Shown: positions 44,244 through 54,264 of the stretch, one piece after another | How the letters are laid out: each line of letters opens with the position of its first letter | Position numbering within the stretch: position 1 is the stretch's first letter | Source: Desulfobacterales bacterium | GTDB lineage: Bacteria > Desulfobacterota > Desulfobacteria > Desulfobacterales > UBA5852 | NCBI GenBank assembly: GCA_963674755.2 | Contig: CAXXVS010000002.1 | Span: 384,001-448,000 of the forward strand | DNA length: 64,000 bases | Direction: 5' to 3' | Position numbers and translations under genes: made by a program | The notes under the pieces: model-generated | Seen by the model: only the letters and a program-made list of their open reading frames with translations | Database searches by the model: none | What the model was told of the DNA's origin: nothing

Positions 44244-44996
44244 TTAGGCGCTTTGAAACTTGCTCTTGTAGGCCTGGTAGATGATATCCACGGCCCATTC
44301 GGGTTTGTTGATGAAGTCACAATTGATGACCAGATCGAATTCGTAGGCCGAAGCATCCTTCTTGCCGAAGGCCCGCTGGAAAAACCGCCGTTGTTCCTTG
44401 TCGGCTTCGTCGAGCTCCTTTTGGGCGCTATCTGCCGATATCCCCAGGATATCCGCTACCCGCTTGACGCGATATTCGCGGGAGCTGATGCAGCGCACGG
44501 CCAGAATCCGCTCCCGGGGCAGGATCAGATGGGAGCCGCGTCCCACAAAAATGGTGGGCTCGGCTTCGGCCAGACTCAAGACCGCACTGGCCAGCTTGCG
44601 CATATAATCCCCCATGACAAACGACTTCTCGCCGAACAGAAACGCGCCGATCTGGTTGATTTGGCCGGGATGGCGCTCGTCGAAGAACTTCACGGTTTTA
44701 TTGCCGAGGTCCGCGTCTTCGGCGATTTTTTCGATGATCATGCGGTCGGCGACCCGCTGCCCGGTTTTCTTTGCGAGCAGTTCGGCAATTTCCAGAGCGC
44801 CGACACCGATTTTACGTGAAAAGCAGATGGTCGGTGCCAAAACGGTACCGGCCGAGGTCTGCGCGCTGGACCGCCGTTTCTGCTCCTCTTTTTGTTCCAG
44901 CTGGCGTACGAAGTGCTGGGCGCGTTGAGCCGTGTCGGGTCTTTTTTGGGCATGGGTGCCCGGAAGGTAGCGGCTGCCCGCAACAGTCTTGGTCAT
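44244..44996 (-). CDS. Cytidylate kinase-like family protein
   Basis: ICFSRKIGVGA, IFVGRG, YEFDLVIN; GGAGG RBS before ATG 44996. Confidence 0.82.
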   Translation of the reverse strand: MTKTVAGSRYLPGTHAQKRPDTAQRAQHFVRQLEQKEEQKRRSSAQTSAGTVLAPTICFSRKIGVGALEIAELLAKKTGQRVADRMIIEKIAEDADLGNKTVKFFDERHPGQINQIGAFLFGEKSFVMGDYMRKLASAVLSLAEAEPTIFVGRGSHLILPRERILAVRCISSREYRVKRVADILGISADSAQKELDEADKEQRRFFQRAFGKKDASAYEFDLVINCDFINKPEWAVDIIYQAYKSKFQSA

Positions 44997-45081
44997 GACA
45001 CACCTCCGTCGTTGGTTTGACATGGCTGGGGCGACATCCCTCCAGCAACGTTTGATCGGCAATGATTCTGACGATTTGGAA

Positions 45082-45097
45082 TGCATGAAACATGCCG
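45082..45097 (-). promoter_or_regulatory. sigma54 promoter of the cmk-like gene
   Basis: Minus strand CGGCATGTTTCATGCA, GG-N10-GC; AT-rich tract upstream. Confidence 0.65.
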
Positions 45098-45177
45098 AAT
45101 CAAAAGAATAAAAACACAAGTAAAAACAATCGGATAAAAAGCAAATCATGGCTGCGCCAAGCGGTTTTGGGCATGGT

Positions 45178-45216
45178 TTAGAAGAATTGCCACCCCGGGA
45201 TTCGCGAAATTGCGAA
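45178..45216. promoter_or_regulatory. Tandem enhancer sites, TTCGCA-N4-TGCGAA class
   Basis: TTCGCGAAATTGCGAA (45201-45216) and TTAGAAGAATTGCCAC (45178-45193). Confidence 0.6.
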
Positions 45217-45433
45217 GATGCGGACGACATGGCGATATTGTTGAAAAGATCAACCGCAAAGGGGCCTCTTTAAAAGACGGCCTTGGCGGCATGCGGTCTG
45301 GGCTGACGTGGTTACCAGGCTGTGGATAACCAAGAGATCGAAAGGCAAGGCGTCGTCTGCTGCGAAAAGCGCCGCAACCATCAAGGTTGCCGCACCGTTT
45401 CGCGAGGGCGGGATTCACTTTGTCCACGATCTG

Positions 45434-46324
45434 CTATGCCGTCTGGCAGGGATGGTGGAGGAGATAATCTTCCAGCGCCGTGAGCCCCGTCAAACGGATG
45501 CGGCTGAGCGGGAAGCGTCTGAGCGGATACGTCTTCAGCGTTTGGGTAAGGCCATCCTGGACAGTCTGCGGGTCGCATTTGTTGAGAATCAGACGCGTCA
45601 CCGTCATGTCGATGTCTTTCAGCTTACGGCAGATACGTTCGGTTTCGGAACGGGACAGGGGATCGTTGTTGAGGACGAGGTTGATATCGGTTGCGGCGGC
45701 CGTAAAAAGACGTCGATGCCGGCCGCTGTCTTCAATCAGGGTTTGCAGTCGATCGCGCACTTTATCCTGCTCGATCTCGATGGATTTCAGTTTGATTTTC
45801 GAGACGATTGCTTTCTTGGCATAGATGCGGGTTCGGAGGTCCAGCAATTCCTTCAGCCACAGGCAGGTGATGCTCGGCAGGGAGAAAAAACGCAGGGTCA
45901 ACGCGGTGGGCGGCATATCGAAAAGAATATCGTCCATGTGGGCGTTGCGGCGCACCGTATCGTCAAAGGCCAGCAGGAGGGCATGTTCTTCCAGCCCGGG
46001 GGCAAATTTGAGGACGTTGAAGTGGCGCTGGAGGTTGAAGGCACTCTGATAGGCATAGGCTTTTTTGAGAAGCGCGCTGCTTTCCTTGAGATAGTCTTGC
46101 ACCCACCGATCGACGTCGATTTCCCGGACCACCAAACGCGGACGCACCAGCGTCGGCTTTTCCGCAAAGGCCGTCTCAAAGATGTCGCGCTGGTTGTGGG
46201 CGGGATCCAGGGACACCAGAAGGGTGCGATGGCCGGACTGGGCCAGGTGGAGGGCCGTCAGAGCGGATGTGGTCGATTTCCCGACACCGCCTTTGCCGAT
46301 AAAAAAATGCAGACCGGTCGACAT
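45434..46324 (-). CDS. Single-domain ArsA/Get3-family ATPase
   Basis: GKGGVGKST, SLDPAH, APGLEE, DMPPTALTLR, ILNK. Confidence 0.9.
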   Translation of the reverse strand: MSTGLHFFIGKGGVGKSTTSALTALHLAQSGHRTLLVSLDPAHNQRDIFETAFAEKPTLVRPRLVVREIDVDRWVQDYLKESSALLKKAYAYQSAFNLQRHFNVLKFAPGLEEHALLLAFDDTVRRNAHMDDILFDMPPTALTLRFFSLPSITCLWLKELLDLRTRIYAKKAIVSKIKLKSIEIEQDKVRDRLQTLIEDSGRHRRLFTAAATDINLVLNNDPLSRSETERICRKLKDIDMTVTRLILNKCDPQTVQDGLTQTLKTYPLRRFPLSRIRLTGLTALEDYLLHHPCQTA

Positions 46325-46333
46325 GTTACCTCA

Positions 46334-46612
46334 TCAGTCGATGGAGAGAACGGAAAAAAGATTCCCCAGGGGATCATGGGCCGTTAGAACGCGTTCCAGC
46401 ACGAGATCCAGCTCATCGGTCATCAGCGGCAGCAACGCCATGCTGACATGGACGGGGGGCGAAGGGATGCCCAGAAAGGCCCCTAAAACAAGGACACCGA
46501 AGATGTTGTCGAGTTCTTCGATCTCGTAGGCGATGGTCTCAACCGCCTTGGCCCGCATAACGGCATCGGCGCTTTCCCACAAGGACCGCAGCCACATGTG
46601 CATTCCGGCCAT
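46334..46612 (-). CDS. Small hydrophobic protein of the type found with CstA/ArsA
   Basis: ELDNIFGVLVLGAFLGIPSP...LLP core; GGAG RBS; directly upstream of the ArsA-type gene. Confidence 0.7.
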   Translation of the reverse strand: MAGMHMWLRSLWESADAVMRAKAVETIAYEIEELDNIFGVLVLGAFLGIPSPPVHVSMALLPLMTDELDLVLERVLTAHDPLGNLFSVLSID

Positions 46613-46628
46613 GGTTTGTTCTCCGGTG

Positions 46629-47117
46629 CTAGCGGCCTTCGGCCGAATTATGAATGACCCGCAAGGGAGGGGCTTTCACCGCACCGGCGGCCACGCGAAA
46701 CAGCCGGCGATCGAGCGCCAATCGGTTTCGGGAGGGGAAGGTGCTGTACACGGCATACAGGGCCGTCAACAGGCTGCCTGCCCGGTAGAACAGGGGCGCG
46801 GCGAGCATATCGGTTCCCATGGCCAGTGCCAGGGAGGCCATCCCGATCAAGATCAAATGGCGTTCGAAGCGCATGAACACGTCAGGATCGATGCGGCTTC
46901 GGTTGCGACAGACGAACGCAAAATAGGACCGGTAGAGAATCGGACCGGCCAGACCGCATACGGCGGCAAGGATGAAAACGAGCGGGCCCCAGGGCAGCGG
47001 CCCGGAGGGCGATGGCAGGGCGCCGTCGGTCAGATGGCGTGCGATGCGCCCGGCGGCCCATAGCACGACAATGGCGGCGGCCCATCGGGCATAAAAAGTT
47101 TTGAGACGATGTTCCAT
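46629..47117 (-). CDS. Hypothetical membrane protein (about 4 TM)
   Basis: Four hydrophobic segments; operon-like spacing. Confidence 0.65.
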   Translation of the reverse strand: MEHRLKTFYARWAAAIVVLWAAGRIARHLTDGALPSPSGPLPWGPLVFILAAVCGLAGPILYRSYFAFVCRNRSRIDPDVFMRFERHLILIGMASLALAMGTDMLAAPLFYRAGSLLTALYAVYSTFPSRNRLALDRRLFRVAAGAVKAPPLRVIHNSAEGR

Positions 47118-47149
47118 GGCCGATTGGTTTCCTTTACCTGGGCGTTTTT

Positions 47150-48262
47150 TCAACTGGTTTGCAGTTTGCGGGTGATAAAACGATCGTCCAATTCCCGGGC
47201 GATTTTGATGATATCACTGCTGGAAAGCTCGTCGAACGCCAGCATGGCGTTGCCGAAAAAGCCCTGGCGTCGGATGGCGAGCGTCTTTTCCGCAATTTCG
47301 TGGGACATATGATCCCAGAACGGGTGATCGAAAAGGTCGACGGCCTGGCTGAGATGCCCCTGCTTGACGGAGTAAGCCGCCCCCGAAACCACCGGGGGCC
47401 CGTCGAAATAGGCGACCCCCGTGTTGCGGCGCACCGGGAGCAGCGCTCCGGAGTGGCTGCCCCGCAAAAAGCCCGGTACGAAGGGACCGATGGCATAAGG
47501 CGCCAAAATTTCACCACTGGACGGGAAATGATCCTGGACGCGTACGATGGCCACGGGATCGTCCTGGCCGGTGATGAATCCGGCCACATTGTGGACCCGG
47601 GTCGTGCTGACCGAAACGGCCTGGTCGTCGTTGGTGCGCGAAAAGATGGCTTCCACACTGAAGCGCTCCGGGTTGCGCAGCAAGGCGGCCATGTCATAGA
47701 GATCTTCCGGCGCTTCCAGGCTCACCACCCGGTCATGGGCGGCATAGTGGACATCCATGATGACGAAACGGAAGCCGCGGTGCAATTTCTTGGAAAGGAA
47801 CAGGCCCGAACAGGTCATGGGATCGGCAAAGGACAGATAGAGCGGAAGATTGAAAGCCCCCGGACGGGTCTTGTCGGCTGCCAGAACGAGGAAGGCTTCG
47901 TTGGGGCGCTCTTCGAAAGACAGCTCGGCAATGCTCGGTCCCAACCCCTTGACGGCGCCTGAAAAGGCGTCCCGGAAAAGATCCTGGCCCGCCCCGTAAA
48001 GGCCTTCTTCGGCCGCCTGGCGCGCGCCGCTGTGCAGGGCCTCCATCAAGCCGGCATGGATCGCGGGATCGTTGCACGGTTTGTCATGGGTGGCCACGAT
48101 GGTGATGTCATCGCCTGTGAAACTCACGTCGGCATCGATCAAAAGGGTGGCCAGATCGTTGTGTACATAATCGTCAACGGCCTGGCGGACCCGGGCGCTG
48201 GGCTGCAGGTGGCCGCCGATGCCGCCCAGGTCGGCGCGAAAAGCACTGATGGTGGTTTTCAC
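47150..48262 (-). CDS. Class V fructose-1,6-bisphosphatase / FBP aldolase-phosphatase homologue (divergent)
   Basis: ADLGGIGGH, GDD, GLYGAGQDL, ADKT.PGAFN, DDP, RGSH, FDGPP, RRQGFFG. Confidence 0.9.
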   Translation of the reverse strand: MKTTISAFRADLGGIGGHLQPSARVRQAVDDYVHNDLATLLIDADVSFTGDDITIVATHDKPCNDPAIHAGLMEALHSGARQAAEEGLYGAGQDLFRDAFSGAVKGLGPSIAELSFEERPNEAFLVLAADKTRPGAFNLPLYLSFADPMTCSGLFLSKKLHRGFRFVIMDVHYAAHDRVVSLEAPEDLYDMAALLRNPERFSVEAIFSRTNDDQAVSVSTTRVHNVAGFITGQDDPVAIVRVQDHFPSSGEILAPYAIGPFVPGFLRGSHSGALLPVRRNTGVAYFDGPPVVSGAAYSVKQGHLSQAVDLFDHPFWDHMSHEIAEKTLAIRRQGFFGNAMLAFDELSSSDIIKIARELDDRFITRKLQTS

Positions 48263-48278
48263 TTTTCAGGTCCCTTTC

Positions 48279-49442
48279 TCAATAGAGAAACATGGGTTTG
48301 CCCTCGATCCGGCCAATGTGGGGCCGGTAGGCTTGCGCGTCGTAAAAAGCATCCACATCGACGCGTTTGACCGTGCCGCTGATATCATCCAGGGAAACGT
48401 CCGTGTAGCGTCCCTTCTGCAGCGCCACCATGCGGCCGGTCTGCCCCTTATCGATCAGCTCGATGGCCAGGTTGGCGAAGTTGCGGGCCACCATCAGGTC
48501 CAGCGAATCCGGCGAGCCGCTGCGCATCAGGTAGAACAAGGGCTGATAGATAATGCCGATGCCGGTCAACTCTTTGATGACCTCAGACGTCCAGGCCCCG
48601 ATGCCGCCTAACTTGCGGTGGCCGAAGGCGTCGGCCCGGCCCCTGAGGAACATGTCGCCCCCGGACGCTGTGGCCCCCTCGCTGATGGTCAGCATGGCGT
48701 AGCGGCTGGGGTTGGCACGGCGGTCTTCTTCCAAAAAACGCGCCAGACGTTCGGGATCGAAGGGCACTTCCGAGATGATGGCCCGGTCGGCCCCGGACAG
48801 ATAGGCGGCGATCAGCGATGTCTCTCCGCAATAGCGCCCGAAGAGTTCCACCACGGCGATGCGTTCGTGTGAGCCGCTGGACGTCCGCAGGGCATGAATA
48901 AAGTCGACGCTGCGCGTAATGGCGGTGGAAAAGCCGATGCAGTAATCCGTGCCGACCACATCGTTATCCATGGTTTTGGGAATCGCCAGAACCGGAAACC
49001 CTTCCTGGTGCAATCGGGCGCCAAAGGAAAGCGTATCGTCGCCGCCGATCGGTATCAGGATGTCGATGGCCAGGTGGGCCAGATTGCGGATCACATGGTC
49101 GGTAAAGTCCTCCTTCTGCTCTTGGGAAGCGTAGCGGTCCTGCAGGCCTGGTGGAGCCTCACTATAGGGGACCGCGCCGGGATTGGTGCGTGAGGTATGC
49201 AGAATCGTGCCGCCCGAGCGGTCGATGGTGCGAACCTTATCCGGTGTCAGCCGCTGAAGGTGGCGCTCGGACGAAGCGGGGTCCTGGTGATCATAGGCCA
49301 AAAGGCCATGCCAGCCCCGGCGAATACCCACGACGGCATAGCCGGACCGGGTGGCTCGCATGACCAGCTCTTTGATACAGGGATTGAGTCCGGGCACATC
49401 ACCGCCGCCGGTCAATATGGCAATGGTTTTTGGGGGGGGCAT
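48279..49442 (-). CDS. PfkA-family phosphofructokinase with PPi-dependent signature
   Basis: [36 protein letters not shown]. Confidence 0.92.
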   Translation of the reverse strand: MPPPKTIAILTGGGDVPGLNPCIKELVMRATRSGYAVVGIRRGWHGLLAYDHQDPASSERHLQRLTPDKVRTIDRSGGTILHTSRTNPGAVPYSEAPPGLQDRYASQEQKEDFTDHVIRNLAHLAIDILIPIGGDDTLSFGARLHQEGFPVLAIPKTMDNDVVGTDYCIGFSTAITRSVDFIHALRTSSGSHERIAVVELFGRYCGETSLIAAYLSGADRAIISEVPFDPERLARFLEEDRRANPSRYAMLTISEGATASGGDMFLRGRADAFGHRKLGGIGAWTSEVIKELTGIGIIYQPLFYLMRSGSPDSLDLMVARNFANLAIELIDKGQTGRMVALQKGRYTDVSLDDISGTVKRVDVDAFYDAQAYRPHIGRIEGKPMFLY

Positions 49443-49536
49443 GATGCTTTTCTCCTTTGTCAGCCGGCGGGCATTCTTGCGATGCCTTTTCCGGGGTTAC
49501 GCCCGCTGGCGCTGCGGGGGGCCGGAGGTGGCGCCC

Positions 49537-49833
49537 CTAATCGAGCGACACGACCAGCAGGTTGTTCGTTGTCCCGAAAGAATTGGGCACCTTGTGACCG
49601 TTGCGTGGATCCTCCTGATAGCGGCCATCGATCCAGAACTTGTATTCGTAGTGCCCCGGCGGGAGGATCAGGGCCTTGTTCCAGCGGCCGCCACCTGAAT
49701 GACGCATGGGGTGCCGCTTGGGGTCCCAGTCGTTGAAGGTCCCCACCACGGCCACATCCTGGGCTTCGGGAGCATCGCAATAGAAGATCACCCTGCGGCG
49801 TTTCGGTATCGTTTTGGAATGCGCCTTGGACAT
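49537..49833 (-). CDS. Stand-alone glycogen-binding (CBM48/AMPK-beta-like) protein
   Basis: VVGTFNDW, PGHYEYKF.IDG...DP, NSFG..NN. Confidence 0.88.
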   Translation of the reverse strand: MSKAHSKTIPKRRRVIFYCDAPEAQDVAVVGTFNDWDPKRHPMRHSGGGRWNKALILPPGHYEYKFWIDGRYQEDPRNGHKVPNSFGTTNNLLVVSLD

Positions 49834-49970
49834 GATGTTTTCTCCTCTTTCTTGCTATCCGACCGTGCCGATCGAGGGCTCACGGCCGGCGGTCGGATAC
49901 CGGCCGTGCAAGCGTGCGCCCTGGATGATGGCCGTGAGGACGGGCGCGGCTTTCCATCAATTCCCCCGGG

Positions 49971-51710
49971 TCACATGATCGCCGGCGAAGGGGATTCTGA
50001 CAGATCCTGGGGCGCAAAAAACTTGATGATCCCCTCGATGGCGATCCATACGGCGATGACCAGGATGATGAAATTGACCACCTGCAGCAGCAGATTGTGG
50101 GCCGCTCCAAAGCTGAACTGGTTCATGGTGACCGCCCAGATGGTCATCACCAGCATGAAGACCGCGGGTATCCCTGCCACCATCCATTTCAGGCCGCCCT
50201 GGGCCTTGAGATACAGGGTGATGATGATCAAGGCCAGGGCCGCCAGGGTTTGATTGACGGCGCCGAACAGCGGCCAGAGTTTAAGGGCGCCGTTGCCGCT
50301 GGCGCCGGTGGCGAAGGCCAGGATCAAAGCCGTGCCCACGGCGATCGCGGTACCGGTATAACGTTCGCCCAGAAAGGGCATATTAAAGCCATTGCCCAGT
50401 TCGGCAATGACATAGCGCTGAATGCGGGTCGCCGTATCCAGGGTGGTGCCGGCAAAGGAGGCCACGAAGACCGCCATGATGGCCAGGGTAAAGGTCTTGG
50501 GAATTCCCACCATCATGATCATATTGGCGGCGCCGTCCACGAAGGCACTGATCTTGGAGCCCAGGCCGGCGGCCGCGGCCCATGAGGAATAATGGGTGGT
50601 CCAGGCGGCCACCCCGGTCAGGGTGGTGCCGTCCTTGGTGGTATAGCCCATGCCGATGCCGGCCGCCACGGCAATGATCACCAGGGTGGCCAGGCCGCCC
50701 TCCAGCAGCATGGATCCGTAACCCACAAACAGGGCGTCGTCTTCGCTGCGCACCTGTTTGGCCGAGGTACCCGAAGACACCAGGGAATGGAAACCGGAGA
50801 TGGCCCCGCAGGCGATCGTGATGAACAGGAAGGGCCACATGGGCGGGGCTTTGGCCGGGGTCGTTTGCAGGGCCGGGGCCACCAGATGAAGATCCCCTCC
50901 GAAGCTGGCGAACAGAACCCCCAAGATAAGCAGCCCCATGGCGATCAGGAGCTGGTGCGAGTTGATAAAGTCCCGGGGCTGCAACAGGGTGGTCACCGGC
51001 AGCACCGAGGCGCAGAAACCGTAAAAAAGGAGGATGATCGTCCAGACCCCGGTGGCCGGGATGCCCGCAATCGCCGGCATCTGGAAGGGCAGATAGGGGC
51101 CCAGAAAGACGCAGATATACATCAGGATGACGGCATAAATCGACCAGGTCATCACATTGGCGCCTTTGCGGTAAATCAGGTAACCGAGACCGATGGCAAT
51201 GGGGACTTCCACCCATACCGCCAGGACCGACTGGGGATACATGGCGAAGATCACGGCAATGACCAGACCGAAGACGGCGATGACGATCCACAGCTCCACG
51301 AAGACAATCAGGAAGAAGAGGAGTTTCGTCCGGTTGTTGATATATTTGGCGGTAAACTCCGAAATCGACTTTCCCTGGTTGCGCATGGAAATGATCAGGG
51401 CGCCGAAGTCATGGACGGCTCCCATGATGATGCTGCCCAGAAAAACCCAGATCAGGGCCGGCACCCACCCCCAGATAATGGCGATGGCCGGCCCCACGAT
51501 GGGCCCGGTACCGGCGATGGAGGTGAAGTGGTGGCCGAAAATGATTTCTTTTTTGGTGGGGACGTAGTCCATCCCGTCCTCGAATTCCACGGCCGGGGTG
51601 CGTGCTTTGCCGGTCAGGGCGAAAATGCGTCGACCGATATAGCGCCCGTACAATTGATACATCGCGATGTAGCCGACGAACGCCAGAACCATAATGAGCA
51701 GAGCATCCAT
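49971..51710 (-). CDS. cstA: Carbon starvation protein A family transporter
   Basis: DGMDYVPT, GHHFTSIAGTGPIVGP, GAVHDF, IACGAISGFHSLVSSGT, TTLDTATR, WPLFG..NQ. Confidence 0.95.
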   Translation of the reverse strand: MDALLIMVLAFVGYIAMYQLYGRYIGRRIFALTGKARTPAVEFEDGMDYVPTKKEIIFGHHFTSIAGTGPIVGPAIAIIWGWVPALIWVFLGSIIMGAVHDFGALIISMRNQGKSISEFTAKYINNRTKLLFFLIVFVELWIVIAVFGLVIAVIFAMYPQSVLAVWVEVPIAIGLGYLIYRKGANVMTWSIYAVILMYICVFLGPYLPFQMPAIAGIPATGVWTIILLFYGFCASVLPVTTLLQPRDFINSHQLLIAMGLLILGVLFASFGGDLHLVAPALQTTPAKAPPMWPFLFITIACGAISGFHSLVSSGTSAKQVRSEDDALFVGYGSMLLEGGLATLVIIAVAAGIGMGYTTKDGTTLTGVAAWTTHYSSWAAAAGLGSKISAFVDGAANMIMMVGIPKTFTLAIMAVFVASFAGTTLDTATRIQRYVIAELGNGFNMPFLGERYTGTAIAVGTALILAFATGASGNGALKLWPLFGAVNQTLAALALIIITLYLKAQGGLKWMVAGIPAVFMLVMTIWAVTMNQFSFGAAHNLLLQVVNFIILVIAVWIAIEGIIKFFAPQDLSESPSPAIM

Positions 51711-51779
51711 GGGAATCTCCTCCTCTGTGCGTTTGGGCCGACACCGATCAACGCAGGATGATGCGGCCCGCCGTTTCGT

Positions 51780-52226
51780 TTAAGCGTCCCTGCGGGCGCG
51801 GATGATCAACAGGGCGCGGTCGATGCGGTTTAATATGCCGGAGGCCACGCTGCCATAGAACAAGCGCGACACTCCCCCGCGGCCGTGGCTGCACATGGCC
51901 ACCAGATCGACATTTTCGCGCTGGGCGGCGTCAAGGATCTCCTTGACCACGGATCCCATCACCGCCTGTTGCCGGGCCTCGATGCCCTTGGCCCGGAATT
52001 CCCCTGCCAGGCCCTTGACGTATTGCTCGGCCTCCTTCCGGGCGCCTTCGATCTGGTTTTGGAAATGGGCATACTGCATGTCGTCGTAGCCGAACACACG
52101 GGGTGCGCTGAATACGGTCAGAAAAATGACCGTGGCCTGATTGTCGTGGGCCAGCTTTTCCACATGGGGCAGGATCCTCTCGGCCCGTTTGGAGCCGTCC
52201 AGCGGCACCAGTATTTTATTGTACAT
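51780..52226 (-). CDS. Universal stress protein
   Basis: ILVPLDGS, SHGRGG, YGSVA. Confidence 0.92.
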   Translation of the reverse strand: MYNKILVPLDGSKRAERILPHVEKLAHDNQATVIFLTVFSAPRVFGYDDMQYAHFQNQIEGARKEAEQYVKGLAGEFRAKGIEARQQAVMGSVVKEILDAAQRENVDLVAMCSHGRGGVSRLFYGSVASGILNRIDRALLIIRARRDA

Positions 52227-52340
52227 ATCGACCCTCCTCTGGGGGTATCGCGCGAGCCGGTCGCCACGGTTTCAACAGTGCCATGCCGGCCGACCCGGCG
52301 GTCCCATGAACGTTTCGCCGCTTGCCGGGACGGTCGCCTG

Positions 52341-53291
52341 TCAAACCACGATCCAGACCGCCCGGTTGCGCACGGTGTTGACGATCTTGTGGCCCACGCG
52401 CCCCATGATGAAATCCTCCACCCGGGAAAGTCCGCGGCGCCCCATGATCAGCGTCCCGATGTCGTTCTGGCGGGCGAATTGAATCATGGCCATGGCCCGG
52501 CTTTCCACCCCCGAAACGACCTCGGTATGAATCCGATCCGGCTTATAGCCGGCCTTCAACAGGCGCTCCGTGGCTTCCTGGAAGACGGGATGGATGGCTT
52601 CGGTGGCTTCGGCCACCAGCGCCTCCACCCTTTCCTGCTCGATCTGTGCGACCAGGGGCGATGGCAGCGCCGGGATTGTCTGCCAGGACCGTACAACGTG
52701 CATCAGGTAGATCTGACGCCGATCGTGACCGTTGCGGGTCGACACCACATGGTCCACGGCCCGCATGGCACCTTCGGATGCGTCCAAGCCCACCAGGAGT
52801 TTTTCAGGTGCGGGATTTCCGCCTACCACCCAGAGGGTCACGTGACGCAGTTGCTCGATCACTTTGTTGGCCACGCTGCCCAGGACGAGTCCTTTGATCT
52901 GGTGGTGACCCTTGCGGCCGACCACCACGGCATTGTACCCGTTGTGGGACTCTTTGATGAGATCGCGTGCAACACCCACTTTACGGTGTTGCGCTTTGAC
53001 GGAGATGCGCTCGCGGGCTATGCCGGCCTTTTCCATGATCTGGCAGGTTTTTTCGATCAGGTCGTCGGCCGCCTTGCGCTGCTCGTGCTCCCAGGCGCGG
53101 ATGGCGGCCATCTGCTGCCGGCCGGCCGGATTGATGCCGATGTCGTAAAACGCTTCATCAACATTCAGACGCACATGATAGAGAACGATGCGCGCCCCGC
53201 ATCCCTCCAGCATGCGGGCCGCATAACGTGCCGTATTGAAGGCCTGCTTCGATCCGTCGATTGCCACTAGCACTTTGTTGTTCTCGTTCAT
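52341..53291 (-). CDS. Tandem-domain universal stress protein
   Basis: VAIDGS...GRKG...GSVA and VGLDAS...GRRG...GRVG. Confidence 0.9.
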   Translation of the reverse strand: MNENNKVLVAIDGSKQAFNTARYAARMLEGCGARIVLYHVRLNVDEAFYDIGINPAGRQQMAAIRAWEHEQRKAADDLIEKTCQIMEKAGIARERISVKAQHRKVGVARDLIKESHNGYNAVVVGRKGHHQIKGLVLGSVANKVIEQLRHVTLWVVGGNPAPEKLLVGLDASEGAMRAVDHVVSTRNGHDRRQIYLMHVVRSWQTIPALPSPLVAQIEQERVEALVAEATEAIHPVFQEATERLLKAGYKPDRIHTEVVSGVESRAMAMIQFARQNDIGTLIMGRRGLSRVEDFIMGRVGHKIVNTVRNRAVWIVV

Positions 53292-53568
53292 TTTTTCCTC
53301 TCTCGCGGCCGCCTTGGGGAACTAAAGCCCGTTTGTTTGGGTCGACCGCTGTGATGGGGGCGTGAAGGCCCGTTGTAATAGGTCACCCCGACCGGGAAGC
53401 CCGGGGGGCCTGTTCCCTTATCGTCACGGCAGCATCAAACGACCGCCCGGATGGCGACGGATGGGCGATTCGCTGCCCACGGTCCGTCCATCGCATCGCT
53501 TTGTGTCGGTTTGATGTTGCGCCCATTGAGATGTCCCTTTTTCCGCCGAAACCAGAACCAGCAGGTGT

Positions 53569-54252
53569 TCAGGCGGCAAATAGTTCCCGCCGGTTTTCAC
53601 GGTGATCCACCAGATAGAGGAGCCGGGCCGCCCCCCGCAATTCTTCCAGCATGGCGGGTATTCTATCGCGATCCAGATGATAGGCCCGGATGTAGACATG
53701 ACGGTATCCCTGGGGGGCCCGGTCATAGGACGTCACGATGCTCGCCAGGCGACCGTCATAGCGGCGGATGATGTCGGCCAACTCCTTGATGGATCCGGGC
53801 CGGTCTTCCCCTTCGAAGGCCAGATGGACGCCCCGACGCTTGACGCCCAGCAGCGACATGAGGGCCTTGAAAAGATCCTGCTGGGTCACGATACCCACCA
53901 TGCGTCCTTTACCGTCCAGAACAGGGGCCCCGGAGATGTGGTGGTCATGCAGCACTTCGGCCGCCTCTTCGATGGTATAGGTGTCCGGTATCGTAATGGG
54001 CTTGCGGCTCATGATATCCCTGACCTTGATCCGCGTCAGCAGGTGCAGCAGTTCGTGGACCTCGAGCAGGGTGGCATCCGAAGCCGAGGCCCGTTTCAGG
54101 TCGCGGTCGGTCAGGACGCCCACCAGGGTCCCGCGTTCAAATACCGGCAGGGTTTTGATCTTGTTTTCTTTTATAAGTTGCAAGGCATCCGCCATCGACG
54201 CTTGGGCCTCAATGCTGATTACCGATGGATTCATCCAGTTGCGCACAAGCAT
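53569..54252 (-). CDS. CBS-pair plus ACT domain protein (AcuB-like)
   Basis: GVLTDRDL, GIVTQQDL, EDRPGSI ACT motif. Confidence 0.88.
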   Translation of the reverse strand: MLVRNWMNPSVISIEAQASMADALQLIKENKIKTLPVFERGTLVGVLTDRDLKRASASDATLLEVHELLHLLTRIKVRDIMSRKPITIPDTYTIEEAAEVLHDHHISGAPVLDGKGRMVGIVTQQDLFKALMSLLGVKRRGVHLAFEGEDRPGSIKELADIIRRYDGRLASIVTSYDRAPQGYRHVYIRAYHLDRDRIPAMLEELRGAARLLYLVDHRENRRELFAA

Positions 54253-54264
54253 GATCGATCTCCT

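Noticed and set aside
45434..46324. Arsenic resistance operon
   Set aside because: Single-domain ATPase; no arsR/B/C/D or acr3 nearby
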